From NCBI RefSeq assembly GCF_009914755.1, contig NC_060947.1: a stretch of 64,000 bases of DNA, one strand, 5' to 3'. This stretch comes from the human T2T-CHM13v2.0 reference genome, Homo sapiens. Positions within the stretch are counted from its first letter, which is position 1, and each line of letters begins with the position of its first letter. The notes below the pieces were generated by a model. That model was given only the letters and a program-made list of their open reading frames with translations. It was not told where the DNA came from and searched no databases. Below, piece after piece: positions 59,684-64,000 of the stretch. The translations under genes were made by a program, and so were the position numbers.

Positions 59684-61249
59684 CTACAGGCAATTGGGAA
59701 CCACTGAAGGAAATTGATTAGATGAGTGGTACGTAATATTAGAATGGCACCACTGCATAGAGGTAAACTGGAATGTGTGAACCAGTTGTTTGGTTTGGCA
59801 TAAGGGATCAGAGAGAGGGGTAACGTAAATTACTCAGGGAACTACTACAACAGTCTAAGAAGTAAAAATAGTAGTTACCGTTAATTGGGTGGCTACTACT
59901 TGACAAGCACTGTGATATGTATTTTGCAAGCATTATAAAATTCTATCTTCACAAGAACCCCATGAACCACATACTTTTTATTTCCATTTTACAGATGAGA
60001 AAACTGAAAATAATACAGATTACATTACTTCTTAGTCTCTTTTACTGGCTCTTCTTCCTCTCCCTCCTCTTGGGAGGGCAGCATTCTGCATGGTAGTTAA
60101 GAACATGGATTCCAAAACAAGACTGCCTATGTCCAAGCCTCAGTTTTACCATTTGCTTTCTATGTGAGCTTGGGAAGTTATTTAACCTCTTTGTGCCTCC
60201 GTTTCCTTATTAGTATAATGGTGGTAAAGATCAAAATGATACTTCCTAGTGTTTTGGTAAAGGATTCAATGAATTACTCTATGTCATGCACTTAGGACAG
60301 TGCCTGGCACTTAGTAAGGCCTGTAACACATTTGCTATTATTTTTCCCAACCTCTGAATCTTGGCATATTCCAGGAATTGGTCCAGGACCCTCTTTTCTT
60401 CTCTAGCCACACTTCTGTCATGACTTTGTCTAAGGTTTCCATCTCCCATGACACTTACTTTCCCACTACCCTGTTTTGTTTTCACTGGGGCACAATCTAA
60501 AAATACCTTATTTACTACTTTGTTAACATATTTATAATCTATCTCTCCCACTTGAATGTAGGCTTCATGAAGGCAGAGACTTATTGTTGTTTATTGCTGA
60601 ATCCTTAGGGCCTAGAACAGTACCTGGTGCTGTTAATGCCCAATAAGTATTCATTGAATGAGAAAATGAACTCAGCCAAGTAAGTGGCAGATATAGAATT
60701 GAAATCCAGGTCTGACTGAAGCCAATACCTATCCCTTCATCACCATGCTATATAGTATAGTAACCATAAAAACAGGAAAGGGTGAATTCAAGAATCATTT
60801 AAGAGGTAGAATTGAACTAACAGTAACTGATTTGATGGCAGTGGAGGTGGGAGCGGAGGAGGACTTGAGATTTACACCTGGATGACAGTGACAGTAGTGT
60901 TTTAAAATGCCTTTTCTTTGAGTGTAATTGACTTTTACTCATGAGAAGAGGACCCTTATCCCTGAAATATCTTAGAACTGAGTTAGGAACATGGCAGGAA
61001 GCACACAGTCTTGGGGAGACAGGGACAAATTTCATTTTTGGAAATGTTAACTTTTAAGTGGTATAGTAGGGAGATGCAAAGGCAGAGTTGAAGCTGAGAA
61101 GAGAAATCCAGGCTACAGCTATAGATTAGGGGTTAATCAGCTTAGAGGTAATAGTTGAAATCCTAGTAATGGACTCTAAGTAAGCACCTACAGTTAAGGG
61201 AATTAGAGAAGGAAAGGGGCAACATAGAGAGGAAACAACGAGAAGGGAC

Positions 61250-62815
61250 ATGTTAGGGTCCCAGCAAGAAACAGATGACATATTCAAAATAGGAAGATTC
61301 AAGAATGGCTTAATAAAGAAATTGTTTACAAAGGTGTGGGCAGGGTGCAGCAAAACCACAAGGGATAACACTCTTAACTGGAGATATTAAAACCCTTAGG
61401 CTGGAAGGACTGAGGGAAGGGAGTAATTACCAGAACTCAAAAAAGTCATGTAGAAAGGACCACTCGGAAAAGAATTGTGACCTTTTAACAAAAGGTCCAT
61501 CAACAAATGGACACAGCCATCTCACGGTGACCCAACAAGAAAAGAGCTGAATGTAATAAATAGCCTAAGCTCATTATTTTCTTTATGATATCCTGCCATG
61601 GTCCCCATGGGCAAACAAAAATAGAAACTAACTAAAGGAAAGGAAGCCTGTTGATATAATCCATAAAGATCACCCTCTCAGGGATGAAAGCAGAATAAAA
61701 AAAAGGTAGAGAGTGGCTCTGGAGGAGTAAGTGATACATATCTAACATAGTGCAATCCTTTTGCCCCTCAGTGTCCACTATTGTTGTTCACCTAGGTGAA
61801 GAGTTTGTTTCCCTTGCACAGGACACACAAAGACCCATAGCTATTGCATGATCAAAGGATGATGTCAATTGAGTTGCATTCCCAACTGAAACCTAAAACA
61901 ATCACACTAGTGCTCTTCACATAAGGCAGAGGGTATAAAAATAGGACTTTTAAAAGTAACATAAAAAGTAGCTGCTATAGTATCTGTTTTTGTAAACTGC
62001 TTAAGTAATCAAAGCTACCTTCTTCCACTACCCGCCTCATAATTCCCTTATCTTCTGCCAGCATACAGGCTCGATGGGGCTCTTAAACTGGTGGGAAAAA
62101 CAAACTCTTTAGATCAGTGGCATATGAGTATGGTCATATCTATATTATTGGGTTGTCCCATTTCCAATTTGACCAGTACTATGGGGCAAAGAAGTACAGG
62201 AGACACCCCAGTGAATACGCTGGGTTCCAAACATACTCTTATTTTTCCCATGTGTAGCAGGAACCCAATTTTCCCCTAGTAAATGGGATTAGTCACTCCA
62301 GACAACACACTGACCTGTTGGTTCAATAGCACGGTGTCTCCAAAATGACCAAGTGATATCGCAGCTCCCAATTAATTGGAAACATCCTGACCATGTATCC
62401 TGGTGTAAGCAATCCTCTCTTAGCACTTTAGCTCCCTTGGTGACTCCAAACACACCAAGTCCAAGCTTGCAGATACAGGAAGATAACATTCTTTAAGTGA
62501 ATTATTGGATATTATACTGAGAAGGGCCACTCCTAATTCCACTCCTTGGTTATCATACCTATACATTCTGGCCATGGGTTGCTTTTAAGCATAAACTGTC
62601 CTGCAGGATAACACCCCAAGCTCACAAAGTATTGTCTCTCAGAGGCTGCCATAAATGAGCCTTCAGCAGGCCATTACACATTTTATGAAGACAGCTATTT
62701 CTGGATGAAGGAGTACATAGTAAGACAGTGAATTCCATGGGTATGAGCCCACTGCGTTATTATTATTATTATTTTTTGCCATAAAGTGAATTTCTGGTCA
62801 AAGAAATGTTGGGTG
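61250..62815 (-). mobile_element. LTR41-like LTR (about 61250-61747) plus adjoining decayed ERVL internal sequence
   Basis: agggtcccagcaagaaacagatg...agagtggctctggagg termini; a purine-rich tract abuts the LTR on the minus strand. Confidence 0.55.
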
Positions 62816-62817
62816 GG

Positions 62818-63208
62818 TGTATTAGTGAGGGTTTTCTAGAGAAACTGAACCAACAGGATATGTATACCTAGAGAAGGAAAGGTTTATTTTAAGGAATGGG
62901 TTCATGTGATTGTGAAGATACAAGTCCAAAATCTACAGGGTAGGCCAGCAAACTGAACACCCAGGGAATAGTTACGGTCCAAGTTTAATGGCACTCTGCA
63001 GTCAAGAAATTATTGCTTGGGGTAGGATAGTTTTGTTTTATTAAGGCTAATTAAATTTGATTCACTCGTACAATGGAGTGTAATCTGCTGTACTCAAAGT
63101 CCACCAATTTAAATGTTAATCTTATCCAAAAACACATTCACCAGAAACATCCAAAATACTGTTTGACCAACTCTGTGAGCAGCATGGCCCAGCCAATTTG
63201 ATACAAAA
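62818..63208 (-). mobile_element. MLT2 (MLT2C-like) LTR
   Basis: tgtattagtgagggttttctagagaaactgaaccaacagga...tttaaatgttaatc...ggcccagccaatttgataca. Confidence 0.75.
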
Positions 63209-63209
63209 T

Positions 63210-64000
63210 TGTTTTAATTTTTGTGGGTACCTAATTTTTTTAATTTTTAATTTTTGTAGCTGTTTATATTTATGTGGTACATGAGATATTTTAATACAAA
63301 CATGTAATATATGATAATCAAATCATGGAATATGATGTAACCATCCCCTTCAGAATTTAACCTTTGTGTTACAAACAATCCAATTATATTATTTTAATTA
63401 TTTTAAAATGTACAATTAAATTATTATTGAATATAGTCACCCTCGTGCTATCAAATAGTAGGTCTTATTCATTCTTTCTAACCATTTTTATACCCATTAA
63501 CCATCCCCATTTCCTCTTTCCCACTAATTTCCCCCCGCTACTCTTCCCAGCCTCTGATAACCATTATTTTACTCTCTATCTCTGTGAGTTCAATTGTTTT
63601 AATATTTAGCTTCCACAAATAAATGAGTACATGCAAGGTTTGTCTTTCTGTGCCTGACTTATTTCACTTAACATAATGACCTCCAGTCCCATCCATATTC
63701 TTGCAGATGACAGAATCTCATTCCTTTTTATGGCTGAATAATACTCCATTGTGCATATAAATGTACCACATTTTCTTTATCCATTCATCTGTTGATGGAC
63801 ACTCAGGTTGCTTCCAAATCTTGGCTATTATGAATAGTGCTGTAATAAACATGAGAGTGCAGACATCTCTTTGATATCCTGATTTCCTTTCTTTTGGGTA
63901 TATACCTAGCAGTAGGATTCCTGGATCATATGGTAGCTCTATCTACAGTTTTATGAAGAACTTCCAAACTGTTCTTCATATTGGTTGTACTAATTTACAT
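63210..64000 (-). mobile_element. L1MA-type 3' end, running off the window
   Basis: cctttgtgttacaaacaatccaatta...tttctgtgcctgacttatttcacttaacataatgacctccag. Confidence 0.8.

Overview
This is primate genomic DNA, almost certainly human, covering the 5' half of GUCY2F (retinal membrane guanylate cyclase 2F, RetGC-2; X-linked) on the minus strand. I find a probable non-coding exon 1 (about 49332-49552) and six coding exons: 42705-43434, 32640-32941, 21003-21357, 19521-19605, 15567-15663 and 8849-8980. They splice in frame through GT-AG sites to 1701 nt (567 codons): signal peptide, extracellular domain, transmembrane helix and juxtamembrane region. The remaining exons lie left of the window. The rest is AT-rich, CpG-poor intron and upstream DNA full of repeats: three young L1PA insertions, one AluY, a two-LTR MaLR, THE1, HAL1, ERVL/LTR relics, MER transposons, MIR, L2 and STRs. 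Nearly all other listed ORFs are chance or L1 fragments, and I see no new gene system. The main observations are: (1) L1s with short 3' transductions; (2) a tailless 65-nt young-L1 patch with fold-back junctions just upstream of the promoter; (3) two 5'-inverted L1s whose inverted parts end at almost the same L1 position and which together flank in-frame exon 7 with inverted and direct repeats; (4) four uORFs in exon 1; (5) a compact CRX/NRL/ROR promoter and a tandem CTCF pair. Repeat subfamily names come from recalled consensus sequences and were not verified by search.
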